64,000 nt of DNA from the IMG/VR virus record IMGVR_UViG_3300017760_000001, positions 64,001 through 128,000 of that record. One strand, 5' to 3'. The position numbers and the translations under genes were made by a program. The notes under the pieces are model-generated. The model was not told where the DNA came from and did not search any database. It saw nothing but the letters and a program-made list of their open reading frames with translations. Origin of the DNA: a virus. Below are positions 30,596 through 40,128 of the stretch, one piece after another (position 1 is the first letter of the stretch; every line of letters begins with the position of its first letter).

Positions 30596-32022
30596 CCTGT
30601 AAACCTCTTTCCTCTGCTACCAATAGAATTACCAATAGGAACACTACCGAAACGTGAAGACTGTTTCTTCGATGCAGTTCTACCAATCTTAGGTGGACTC
30701 GTATTGTCGTAGTCAGCATTCAATCTACCTTCACCGACCATCTTGTTTCCAATAAGAGAACGGTTAGCTGTGTCACGAATCGTAGATCGAATCTCTTGTG
30801 TAGATGGAACCTTTTCGAATAGTCCTTCATAGTCGTCACGTAGAAGTATTTTGTTCTTCAATACGTCACCAGCATCTATAGTCACGGTGCGTACAGAGAA
30901 GGGCCCCATAGTCATCATCGCACCAATCGCATCTGCAAGTGGTACTGGTTTCTTAGGTGTCATAGACTCTTGTGATTCTGTGGCAGCCTTCCATCCGCTT
31001 GGTGGTGATCCAGCTGCACCTATCGCACCAGCAGTTCCTGCCTTCCCTGCTTCTTTTGCCTTATCTGCTTTGTTCGCATTGTATGACTTGATCGCTTCCG
31101 TTGCCTGTCCGTGGAATGATCCGTAGAACGCAGCACCAGATGCAAATGGAACCGCACCTTTTGGCCCCATGTAAACTGGTGAAGTCATCTCTACCTGTTC
31201 ACCACCGATCACACCTTTCATACCCATGACCGATAACTCTGCACCTGTGATTGCCATTACTGGTGCGGTCTGAATGTATTCGTCCTTTGCAGTCATGATC
31301 AAACGATTGTCAGTAAACACATTGAGTTCTCCCTCAACATGTTCTTTAGAATATCCTTTAGTCCACTCAGTGTTGTTACCTAAAACGAGTTCTGTCTTGT
31401 TCTCTACGGTCTTGTACGAAGCAGACTGTTTAGTGATATGTTCTGTGTTACCCGATACTTCGGTTCTCTTGTTCAACAATACATGTTGCTTATTGTGTCC
31501 ATGTATGTTAAGATTGTGGTTACCACCTACGTCCATATTCCAGTCACCTGTAACCGTCTGGTTAAGATTACCTTTATAGACCATCTCTGCATCACCCTCT
31601 ACGATGACCGTATTGTCTCCTCCAGTCACCTCGACTTTATTGTTCGGGGATGATATAATGATAGAACCGTCCGCTCGCATTTCAATACCACCACCTTTAC
31701 GGTGTTTGATAAGAATACGTTCACCGCCTGGGGTGTCATCGTGTTCAACAACATGACCAGATGCAGTCTCCATAACCTGATTGAATGGATACTGTGAAGG
31801 TTGTTGATCTTCTAGGTTGAGTGATACATTGAAATCCCCACCCCCAAGATATAATTCGTTTACTTCAAAACCACGAGCCGCATAGTTTATGGAAGACGAA
31901 TAATGATAATTTGTCTTGGGAAACTCGCCTGTAGGATCTTGGAACCCATCAAGTGGTACACCAAGAGTTTTTTCCTTAGCGACATTTTCCCCTAAATTTT
32001 TCTTTTTGTTTTGTACTGTCAT
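30592..32022 (-). CDS. gp5: gp5 C-terminal part (central spike beta-helix)
   Basis: FQDPTGEFP, YPFNQVMETASGHVVEHDDTPGGERI and VxGD/N octapeptide repeats. Confidence 0.88.
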   Translation of the reverse strand: MTVQNKKKNLGENVAKEKTLGVPLDGFQDPTGEFPKTNYHYSSSINYAARGFEVNELYLGGGDFNVSLNLEDQQPSQYPFNQVMETASGHVVEHDDTPGGERILIKHRKGGGIEMRADGSIIISSPNNKVEVTGGDNTVIVEGDAEMVYKGNLNQTVTGDWNMDVGGNHNLNIHGHNKQHVLLNKRTEVSGNTEHITKQSASYKTVENKTELVLGNNTEWTKGYSKEHVEGELNVFTDNRLIMTAKDEYIQTAPVMAITGAELSVMGMKGVIGGEQVEMTSPVYMGPKGAVPFASGAAFYGSFHGQATEAIKSYNANKADKAKEAGKAGTAGAIGAAGSPPSGWKAATESQESMTPKKPVPLADAIGAMMTMGPFSVRTVTIDAGDVLKNKILLRDDYEGLFEKVPSTQEIRSTIRDTANRSLIGNKMVGEGRLNADYDNTSPPKIGRTASKKQSSRFGSVPIGNSIGSRGKRFTG

Positions 32023-33944
32023 TGTGGTTTCTTCGTTATCAATTCATCTGGTGTTAATGACTGGTCTTTGATTAGATCTTGGTACACCGAACTTTTGCGG
32101 AACAACGTCTCAACATACTGTGAGACATCAAAGTATGGATCTGTAACTAAAGGTTCGATTTCATTGTGTCCGAACACTTGTCCGCCATGATACCTACGGT
32201 AGAATGCTTCACACACTGCCTCTAAAGTTGACATCTGTTCACGTGTGTAAGATTGGGGGGATCGATATTGGTCTGGATTCTCACAACCTGTCGAACAGTT
32301 TAGACCCCCTACTAGACAAACATCTATAGATCTAACATCGTGTCCTCTAAGTTTACTTGATTGCCCTGTCGTGTCTAGGGGACGACCTCTTTGTAATTTA
32401 CCATCTCTTCTTATGACAAAATGATATTGCAGACCGTCTAAATCTTTGTCATTATGTTCTATATGAAGTTCTTCGGAACCAATGTTTTGATTAGTGTAAG
32501 TATCCGATGCGTGGACAATCATTTGTGTTATAACACGTTTTATCTTTCTAAATTCGGCACCTAGTTCTTCTTTAGAATCGACATATGTAAAAGTGTTGAA
32601 GGCAGTTTTTTGGCCATTAAACTTAGCAAGTGTTTCACCGAGATCATATTCTTCAACCACAAAGTCATCAGAACTTTTAATGAGTGTTCCTGAAATTGTG
32701 GTGTCGAGTTCAAGTAGTTCATCAGCCACTTCAAAAACTCGTGTCTCAACTAGATCTATTTCTGTTTGTGGAATCTGAGAACTTCTAGCTTTAACTTTTA
32801 ATGTTGCAACGAAAGTATCATTGTCTATACCATCGGGTATCGAACCAATAACACTTTTCATTTCCGAACTGAATGTAGTATCTTTTTTGATGATATCCTG
32901 AGTAGCTTTGTCTCTATTTTCTTTACTATCTTTCAATGCATTATTAGTTATCTCGGATACTTGATCGGTAGGTAGTCGGGCATTACTAGTAAAAATTCTA
33001 ATTTTAGATGTCACATCATTTGTTATATCTTCAACAATGTCTTGTAACAAACCGAGTCCAGTCTTTACTTTAGGTTTGTTGAAAAAATTATCAAGACTGG
33101 TTTGTGATTTTACTAAATCCCCTAATGATGGATTTGTACCACTAATAACTTCTTCTGCTAACTGATCTAGTGATGATCCGATAGAGTTTAAATTAGGTGT
33201 AGAAGGCGCATCGATGTTACCGATGGCATTTGTCACATTACTCAGGTCAGGCGCATTGATATTTAAAGAAGGAATTGATGAAACTTCCTTTGCAACTTCT
33301 GATATCATGTCTTTTGCTTTATCTAATAATCCAGTGACAGCACCTAGTCCACCATCCGCACCACCACCAGTACCAGATGCAGCTTTCGCTTCCGCAGCAA
33401 CACCTTCAATTTTTGATTTCAATATGTTTGATTTACCAGTCGCATCACTCGCAGTCGCATCAATAGCATCTAATGAAGAACCACCAAGTGTCTGAATAGG
33501 CAATTTAGGAACAGTTGTTTCTTTCAGTCCAGTAAGTTGAGATAATACCGATGATACAGGTTGGTTCTCTGTTGCACCTGCTGTTATTGTTGTTTCTGCC
33601 TGACCGTAAGAATCGGTGTCCGTGACGGTAGTCGCAGTAAACGTAGGAACTGACAAGTCGAGTTCTACAGATGTTGGATTGGGTATACCAGAGATACCAG
33701 TAACCTCGTCGCCAAAGGAACACATCGCATCACCCAGAGATGTACTGCCTGCAAAATCAACTTTGCTCTCTAGTGATTCGATACCAGCATGTATACTGCC
33801 AGGCCCATCACCCAGAAGAGTCGCATTCTTTGCGAAGTTCTTTTCTACTAGATCGTTAACATTATTCTGTATGTCTTTACCAAAACTCTGTCCTGTTTGG
33901 TTTGATAGTAATCTAGAATTTAATTGATTTTTATTTAGTGGCAT
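32019..33944 (-). CDS. Virion-associated N-acetylmuramoyl-L-alanine amidase (Amidase_2, T7 lysozyme-like C-terminus)
   Basis: IVHASDT, YHFVIRRDG...GRP, SIDVCLVGG and GHNE...DPYFDV motifs; long low-complexity N-terminus. Confidence 0.88.
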   Translation of the reverse strand: MPLNKNQLNSRLLSNQTGQSFGKDIQNNVNDLVEKNFAKNATLLGDGPGSIHAGIESLESKVDFAGSTSLGDAMCSFGDEVTGISGIPNPTSVELDLSVPTFTATTVTDTDSYGQAETTITAGATENQPVSSVLSQLTGLKETTVPKLPIQTLGGSSLDAIDATASDATGKSNILKSKIEGVAAEAKAASGTGGGADGGLGAVTGLLDKAKDMISEVAKEVSSIPSLNINAPDLSNVTNAIGNIDAPSTPNLNSIGSSLDQLAEEVISGTNPSLGDLVKSQTSLDNFFNKPKVKTGLGLLQDIVEDITNDVTSKIRIFTSNARLPTDQVSEITNNALKDSKENRDKATQDIIKKDTTFSSEMKSVIGSIPDGIDNDTFVATLKVKARSSQIPQTEIDLVETRVFEVADELLELDTTISGTLIKSSDDFVVEEYDLGETLAKFNGQKTAFNTFTYVDSKEELGAEFRKIKRVITQMIVHASDTYTNQNIGSEELHIEHNDKDLDGLQYHFVIRRDGKLQRGRPLDTTGQSSKLRGHDVRSIDVCLVGGLNCSTGCENPDQYRSPQSYTREQMSTLEAVCEAFYRRYHGGQVFGHNEIEPLVTDPYFDVSQYVETLFRKSSVYQDLIKDQSLTPDELITKKPQ

Positions 33945-34832
33945 TTATTCACCTACAAGGTTTTGAAGATCAACTACAATTTTGTCGATACTTTGAAAAT
34001 CAATATCTTTCTTTAGTCCCAAATAGTATTTTGCAAATACTCTCTGGCAACTATTTTTTGTATCTTTTTCTAAGGTTGTGGTTCTTTTTAATCGTATGTT
34101 AGCAGCTGCTTGTGAACTATTTAGTTCATATTTAACAAACACTAACTGTGAACTATACTTTCTCCAATCACTAGTAAATCTTTTTAGTAAAAGTTTTCTT
34201 TCGTTTTTCCATCCAGCTATACCTAATGGGTTAAACTCATCTTCCTTTACAACCGCAGTGTTATTTAAATTAGATCTATTTAACAAACCAGCAATAATAC
34301 CTATAGACTGATTCAAAGTATAACCAGCGTTCATGAAGTATTTTATTCCTTCCAATTTACGTTTTTCAATCGTATCCCCAGGCACATCACCAAACTCTTC
34401 ATCTTCTACTTTTTTCGAGTCGATGACTTGTATCTCTTGGTCATAAAAAACAACGTCTTGATCTATTCTTTCCATCACGGTTGAAAATTGAACTTGTCTC
34501 TGTACACGAGTAGGATACTCTATTTTAGGAATCGACCCTACAACTATAGGAACCTGTGACGCTTTACCGTCCATGAAAAATCCGAATACAGTCGCACCTG
34601 AAGTGAGTCTAGGTGTTCTACCTAACCCAGACACTCCACCTTCGGTTGTAGGTAATACTACTTGGGCCCAAGGAAGGTCGTTCTGGGGTATCTCTCTTGT
34701 TGATGGATTGTGTACACCGTGGACACGAATCTTAACACGACCTTCATATCCGTATGGGGGTGTGTGGTCAACAACATCGGCAATAAACCAACGAGTGTTG
34801 TCTCCGTAAAATTCTGATTGGATTGCCTTCAT
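33945..34832 (-). CDS. gp5: gp5 N-terminal OB-fold fused to a tail-lysozyme-like domain
   Basis: GRVKIRVHGVH...DLPWA...VFGFFMDG...P..VGSI (gp5 OB fold). The C-terminus resembles Phage_lysozyme2 (GIIAGL, GIAGW...R, QL.F..YEL). Confidence 0.85.
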   Translation of the reverse strand: MKAIQSEFYGDNTRWFIADVVDHTPPYGYEGRVKIRVHGVHNPSTREIPQNDLPWAQVVLPTTEGGVSGLGRTPRLTSGATVFGFFMDGKASQVPIVVGSIPKIEYPTRVQRQVQFSTVMERIDQDVVFYDQEIQVIDSKKVEDEEFGDVPGDTIEKRKLEGIKYFMNAGYTLNQSIGIIAGLLNRSNLNNTAVVKEDEFNPLGIAGWKNERKLLLKRFTSDWRKYSSQLVFVKYELNSSQAAANIRLKRTTTLEKDTKNSCQRVFAKYYLGLKKDIDFQSIDKIVVDLQNLVGE

Positions 34833-36163
34833 TATCCCCTCACTAACTTACAAACCGACATGACAACATCATGTCGAGTGTTTTTAAATGTGTGCCTAAC
34901 ATTGTATATTAAGAAATCTCCACTACGTAACAGATCCAATGTTTCAGATGTTGTTGTGTCGCCATCATCTGATATAGTGTTAACAGTAACAATATCGCCA
35001 ACACTTGCTTTGGAAACAATAAACCCTGCGCCAGGCACTGTAATCTCGAACATATTTTTTAATAACATGTTGCGGATAGCGTAGTTACCTATTTTTGTGG
35101 TGAAACTTCCAGGCTTTAACTCATCATGATAACTCTTCCAAGTTCCATATGTACCAGTAGATGTTATCTGGTGAAATATTTTAGCGTTCACATCATGCAA
35201 ATGTTCATTTTGTATTAAAAACTCTTCAGGATAAATGTTCTGTTGCTTTTCTTTGGGTATTATTTCATTATCTTTTAATTTATCGATAACCTTTGTCACA
35301 TCAAAGTGTTGAGAAGTTACTTGACCTGTATTTAAATTTGTGTTATTATAAACTGCACCAATGCCACCCGACATCATTTGTTTCATTGTATTCTGCATTT
35401 TTGCCGTTCGCATAGTTTGAACTTGCATTGTACGATGGAGTGGTGATTTTTCTTCTGTCTTCTTAACATTTGATGGGGAGTAAAGATACGGAAGTTTTTC
35501 GTTCCAAGGGTTTTGTTCCAACATCTTATCGAGACTACCCAATCTTAAATTGGTATCATGTATAGAAGCATACAAGAATAATGGACAACCATTTACTGTG
35601 GTCGCACGATCTCTCAACCACTCACATGCCTCAAGTGGGTGCATGTATGGTATGAGTACTTTAACATTATTTTGAACTGAAGGATATAAGTATGAAACGT
35701 CAACTTGTTTTTTTAAGTCTTGAATACATATTTTTGTTATCTCAGATTCTAACGAATCCGTAATTGACCTACTAACCTTTCGTGTTCTGCTATAAAATGC
35801 ATGTTCATCTAAAATTGTAAATAAATATACACTCGCCTGTCCAGCATCGTTTGATTTAATCGATTGATCAATACTGGTCATGATAAATGTTCTAGACATT
35901 ATTGGTTCTAACGTATCATCTTCAGATGCGAGTTGAATGAACAATCTTTCCGTACCAGAAAATCCAATAGCGTCAACAAAACCCTGATCATCAGATATAG
36001 CAATCTGACCAGAAATATATGGTTTTTCCAAACTCTCAAAGAAAACTATTTCAACGATGTTGGAATTTATATTTATTCTCTGGTCTTCACCGCCCATCGA
36101 TTCCGAGGTGATGTATGCCTCAGTAATCTTGTATTGTGATTGTTGTTCGCTTTTTACACTCAT
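34832..36163 (-). CDS. Baseplate hub protein (gp27-like)
   Basis: FESLEKPYISG...GTE at the N-terminus and SGDFLIYNVRHTF at the C-terminus; lies between gp53 and gp5. Confidence 0.7.
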   Translation of the reverse strand: MSVKSEQQSQYKITEAYITSESMGGEDQRININSNIVEIVFFESLEKPYISGQIAISDDQGFVDAIGFSGTERLFIQLASEDDTLEPIMSRTFIMTSIDQSIKSNDAGQASVYLFTILDEHAFYSRTRKVSRSITDSLESEITKICIQDLKKQVDVSYLYPSVQNNVKVLIPYMHPLEACEWLRDRATTVNGCPLFLYASIHDTNLRLGSLDKMLEQNPWNEKLPYLYSPSNVKKTEEKSPLHRTMQVQTMRTAKMQNTMKQMMSGGIGAVYNNTNLNTGQVTSQHFDVTKVIDKLKDNEIIPKEKQQNIYPEEFLIQNEHLHDVNAKIFHQITSTGTYGTWKSYHDELKPGSFTTKIGNYAIRNMLLKNMFEITVPGAGFIVSKASVGDIVTVNTISDDGDTTTSETLDLLRSGDFLIYNVRHTFKNTRHDVVMSVCKLVRG

Positions 36164-37206
36164 CGTTCTTGTTGTAACCTATGGAACTCTTTAACCACCG
36201 TTTCAACGGCACTAGATTTTAAAACCTTTATCTGTTTTAGGTCATCATTTTTCTTCTGAACTCTTTGTAAATTCGTTACTGCTGTTAACCCAGCGGGAAT
36301 AGTTTCATTATAAGGATCGATGTCTACCCATTCACCTTCACTATTTTCATAGTGATGCACGGCAAGATATTGAGGGTCTTCCCTGAATAATCTTTTTTGA
36401 ACTTCAAGTCCAGTTGAAGCGTCAAACAATCTTAAAACCTCTCCAACAAAGTATCTACTCTCATCAGCATTACGTAGAAGTATTTTAGCAGTAACTTGAT
36501 ATTGGAAATTACCTGGCTGAAATGGTATACTTCTTATTGAAGCTTTAGTATCGATTTCTGATAATGTAACTGTAAAATTAGATACTACTTCTGGAGTAGC
36601 ATTGACATCATCTAAATTTGTTTTAGTCATAATCCATAAAGGGGTATCAGTAAAAAACTCTAGTTCGTTGGTTAATTCTATTTCTGCCGCACCATTACTA
36701 TTAACATCAATCGTGATAACTCTATCAGGAGTAACTGGTTCAAAATCGTGAGTAGTATCTAACACTAACTGACCTAAATCTAAATTACGTTTTATAATCG
36801 TTCCATGTGTACCAGAGTCATTTCCTATGACCCTTCTGCCCACACGGTAATCATATCCACCTTCAGCTGAACTGATATCGCTAGTAATTGTAAGCACACG
36901 ATGAGGATAGAAATCTTTCGCTACTTTTAAAACTTCTTCATTCTTTAGTGGCCATCCAGATTCACGTAGATCGTCATTCATCAAAAAGAATGTCCAATAA
37001 TATTTCGGGTCACCGTATAACTGTGTTGACAAAGTATCTGGTCTATCACCCGACTTAATTGTGTAATCTTCATAAAATGCGGTTTGAGATTTTATTTGAT
37101 CAATAATATCGACATACTGGGTTAAATTTTGAAACAGAGAAGATGAGATCTCGTCACCAAATCTATAGAATATTTTCTCAAAGTTTTTAAAATATTTTGT
37201 ACTCAT
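36160..37206 (-). CDS. gp53: Baseplate wedge subunit gp53 (LysM-like), with insertion
   Basis: YFKNF, GDRPDTLSTQLYGDPKYYW, WPL, VHHYE and NDDLKQIKVLK motifs. Confidence 0.92.
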   Translation of the reverse strand: MSTKYFKNFEKIFYRFGDEISSSLFQNLTQYVDIIDQIKSQTAFYEDYTIKSGDRPDTLSTQLYGDPKYYWTFFLMNDDLRESGWPLKNEEVLKVAKDFYPHRVLTITSDISSAEGGYDYRVGRRVIGNDSGTHGTIIKRNLDLGQLVLDTTHDFEPVTPDRVITIDVNSNGAAEIELTNELEFFTDTPLWIMTKTNLDDVNATPEVVSNFTVTLSEIDTKASIRSIPFQPGNFQYQVTAKILLRNADESRYFVGEVLRLFDASTGLEVQKRLFREDPQYLAVHHYENSEGEWVDIDPYNETIPAGLTAVTNLQRVQKKNDDLKQIKVLKSSAVETVVKEFHRLQQER

Positions 37207-38220
37207 TTAGAAACCTTCCTTCTGAATGTCTTTCTTAGACAATGTTACAGTTTCGGTAAAGTTAAGGTTCATGTCTACTTCTAAGAACTCACCGTCCTGA
37301 TGAAACGCCATCTGACTAGCATTGTATGTTGTGTCAACCGAACGCAAGAAACAAGGTTTTACTTTATGTGCAATGGTTTTACCGTCATATTCAAACTCGA
37401 TGTTGAACTTGTTTGGAAATTCATAACCCAAGGATATTTCTTGACCACCAACCGTCACTTCAATGTCTTCAGGATATAACTCACTACGGAAGAGATTAAC
37501 GATTCTTTTGATTTGATCACTTTCTGCTTTGGATCTTGCGATCATCTTGAAGTTGAACTGGAACTCACGCATGTTTACTTGTTTGAATAACGAACGTGAA
37601 TTAGGATTAGTAGTAACACCAGTTTGTAGTTTAAGACCTGCCGTAATCTCATCACTAAACTTACCTGCCGCTGAGGCCAGTTTCACGGTCGCAAGTTTCG
37701 CAAGACCGTCTGCACCACCCCCAGACATTCCCTGTACAAATGACCCTACACCATCTGCCATAGAACCTAATATGCCTGCACCTTGAGACACCGCAGCTCC
37801 TGTAGAACCTACATCAACGTTCTCGTATGTTACATTGTCTCTGAATTGTAATCCTTGTGGAAGATATAACAAAACCTCAGTGTCAACGATTTGTCTAGGT
37901 TTTGCGCCCAATTCAGTCGTGTTTCTTTCCCCATCGAAAGCTTTTAATTCAGCAGACAGTTCCTCTAGTTCTAGTGTCACTGAAGTAAGATCTTCTCTTG
38001 TGGTATCTTTGGAAACACCAACTAATGAAGCTTCAAGTTTTGATTGTTGAAGAAGATCGTCTCTTTTTTTCTTCAATTGTTCGAAATCACTCTTTTTATC
38101 TTTCAAAACATCTGAAAGACCAGTGTTGAGGTAGGACTCAGCAAAGAGAGTGAATCGGATTCTCCCTTTATAATCATCTTCGTCATGAAGAGGATATTGA
38201 TATGTGTTTTTTGCTGGCAT
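37207..38220 (-). CDS. gp48: Baseplate tail-tube cap gp48
   Basis: LYLP, NP...LF..VNMREFQFNFKM, KVKPCFL and NFTE motifs. Confidence 0.88.
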   Translation of the reverse strand: MPAKNTYQYPLHDEDDYKGRIRFTLFAESYLNTGLSDVLKDKKSDFEQLKKKRDDLLQQSKLEASLVGVSKDTTREDLTSVTLELEELSAELKAFDGERNTTELGAKPRQIVDTEVLLYLPQGLQFRDNVTYENVDVGSTGAAVSQGAGILGSMADGVGSFVQGMSGGGADGLAKLATVKLASAAGKFSDEITAGLKLQTGVTTNPNSRSLFKQVNMREFQFNFKMIARSKAESDQIKRIVNLFRSELYPEDIEVTVGGQEISLGYEFPNKFNIEFEYDGKTIAHKVKPCFLRSVDTTYNASQMAFHQDGEFLEVDMNLNFTETVTLSKKDIQKEGF

Positions 38221-38259
38221 AAGGTTTCCACTAAATAGGGTTATAAAAACTGTTTAATC

Positions 38260-38267
38260 TATTTATA
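38260..38267 (-). promoter_or_regulatory. Late promoter TATAAATA for the baseplate operon (divergent region)
   Basis: Exact motif. A CTAAATA variant on the plus strand at 38231 may drive gp4. Confidence 0.85.
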
Positions 38268-38275
38268 AGGTTTCT

Positions 38276-38755
38276 ATGGCATATTCGGGCAAATATAAAC
38301 CAAAAAATCCAGAGAAGTATCTGGGGGACGTATCTAACATAGTGTATCGATCACTATGGGAAAGACATGTTATGCGCCACTGTGATAACGACTCTAATAT
38401 AGTCGAGTGGGGATCTGAAGAGATCGTCATACCTTATCTATATGAAGTAGATCGAAAGTATCATCGTTACTTTATGGATTTTGTCATTGTATACAAAAAT
38501 GGTACAACAAAGTTGATTGAAGTCAAACCATTCAAAGAAACACAGAAACCTAAGATAAAAGGTAGACGTACTAAACGTATGTTAACAGAATCGTTTACCT
38601 ATGTCAAGAACCAGAACAAATGGAAGGCCGCATCTGAATATGCAAAAGATCGGGGGTGGGGATTCGAGATCTGGACAGAAAAGGAACTGACGGCCATGGG
38701 TATTATGCCTAAGTCAACTAAACCATTAAAACCTTTTAAAAAACGTAAAAAATAA
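38276..38755 (+). CDS. gp4: Head completion protein gp4 (TnsA-like nuclease fold)
   Basis: YSGKYKPKNPEKYLGD, YRSLWE, HRYFMDF, IEVKP and NQNKWKAA motifs. Confidence 0.96.
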   Translation: MAYSGKYKPKNPEKYLGDVSNIVYRSLWERHVMRHCDNDSNIVEWGSEEIVIPYLYEVDRKYHRYFMDFVIVYKNGTTKLIEVKPFKETQKPKIKGRRTKRMLTESFTYVKNQNKWKAASEYAKDRGWGFEIWTEKELTAMGIMPKSTKPLKPFKKRKK

Positions 38756-38756
38756 G

Positions 38757-38764
38757 TATAAATA
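38757..38764 (+). promoter_or_regulatory. Late promoter TATAAATA, 5 nt before the gp2 ATG
   Basis: TATAAATA-gacgt-ATG. Confidence 0.85.
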
Positions 38765-38769
38765 GACGT

Positions 38770-39375
38770 ATGAGTAATTTATTCAATAGACTGGAACTAC
38801 AGGCATTCCGTGCGGGCGTAACACCTCGTACCAAAGAAAGTCGTGACTGGTTTAGACAGAAAGCATCGAATCTACGTTCGATCAACCGTGAAGCATTGAT
38901 GAAAGAAGATCCGTTGAAAAGACGTGATGCATCAAAGGCGGATAATAGGGAGTTGATTGGTTCTATGCAGATGTTCTTCTATGATCCAAAACATAAGAAG
39001 ACTCTACCATACTACGATGCGTTTCCGTTAGTAATCATTATAGGCCCAGCAGAAGGTGGATTCTACGGTCTAAACTTACATTACTTGCCTCCGATTCTTC
39101 GTGCGAAGTTTCTGGATGCATTGATGGATGTACTCGGTGCGAAGATGACAAAGACTGCAAGGATGCAGTTGACCTATCGCATATTAAAGAAAACCGCAAA
39201 GATGCGGTACTATAAACCGTGTTTGAAACACTACCTGACCGCACATGTAAAAAGTCGGTTCGCAGAAGTACAAACACCAGAGTGGGAGATTGCGACTTTC
39301 TTACCAACTGCACAGTTCAGAAAGGCAAACTCTCAGAAAGTATTCTACGATTCAAGGCAAATGATAGATGGGTAG
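38770..39375 (+). CDS. gp2: DNA end protector protein gp2
   Basis: FFYDPKHKKTLPYYDAFPL, GLNLHYLPP and W..A.FLPTAQF motifs. Confidence 0.95.
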   Translation: MSNLFNRLELQAFRAGVTPRTKESRDWFRQKASNLRSINREALMKEDPLKRRDASKADNRELIGSMQMFFYDPKHKKTLPYYDAFPLVIIIGPAEGGFYGLNLHYLPPILRAKFLDALMDVLGAKMTKTARMQLTYRILKKTAKMRYYKPCLKHYLTAHVKSRFAEVQTPEWEIATFLPTAQFRKANSQKVFYDSRQMIDG

Positions 39376-40072
39376 CAGACTAGGCGACATAGAAGAACTA
39401 AAAGGTTTACTTGGTAAGAGTGGTAACATTCAAAGACCAAATCTTTTTCGTGTAATTTTACCTCCGATAAAAGGGTACAATACCAAAGATCTAAACCTTT
39501 TGTGTAAGGCAGTGTTGATGCCTGGCCGTCAGTTAGGTACACTTGAAAAACAAGTTGGTATGTACAAGTATGATATTGTGAACCAAATGAGTGTGTCCGA
39601 AGTGACCATGACATTTCATGTTCCCACTAATCATACTGTAAAAAACTATTTCAATGAATGGCAAAAAGTGGCATTCAACAAAGGTGAAGTCGGTTACTAT
39701 AAAGAATATGCTCGTGATATAAAGATCGAGACAATGTCTAAGGCTGCGACTATTCCAGTCTTTAACAAACAAATTCCTTTCTTGAAGAAAGTAGACCCAC
39801 TTATTCGTAATCGACTACCAGACATTGGGCCGTTTAAATTGTCGCAAGGTGAGATCGATTTGGATTTGGGTACTAAGGACGAGATGTCCTACAGTTGTAG
39901 ATTAATCGATGCGATTCCCACTACAATGAGTGACACTCAGTTAGGAAATGATCAAGAGAACGCAATCATGGAACTTACAGTATCGTTCAAGTTCAAGGAT
40001 TGGGAGGCAGAGTCCGCAGATGCGAAGAGTATATTCGATAAGATAATTAGTGGCGGACTGAGTTTCTTTTAA
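39368..40072 (+). CDS. Tail-tube family protein (gp54/gp19-like initiator)
   Basis: RPNLFRV, LC..V.MPGR, YFNEW and LIDAIP...LTVSF motifs. Confidence 0.75.
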   Translation: MGSRLGDIEELKGLLGKSGNIQRPNLFRVILPPIKGYNTKDLNLLCKAVLMPGRQLGTLEKQVGMYKYDIVNQMSVSEVTMTFHVPTNHTVKNYFNEWQKVAFNKGEVGYYKEYARDIKIETMSKAATIPVFNKQIPFLKKVDPLIRNRLPDIGPFKLSQGEIDLDLGTKDEMSYSCRLIDAIPTTMSDTQLGNDQENAIMELTVSFKFKDWEAESADAKSIFDKIISGGLSFF

Positions 40073-40128
40073 TCGCACACTAAATATATTTTGATTTAAA
40101 CTATTTCTAAATTATTAGGAGAAATGAA

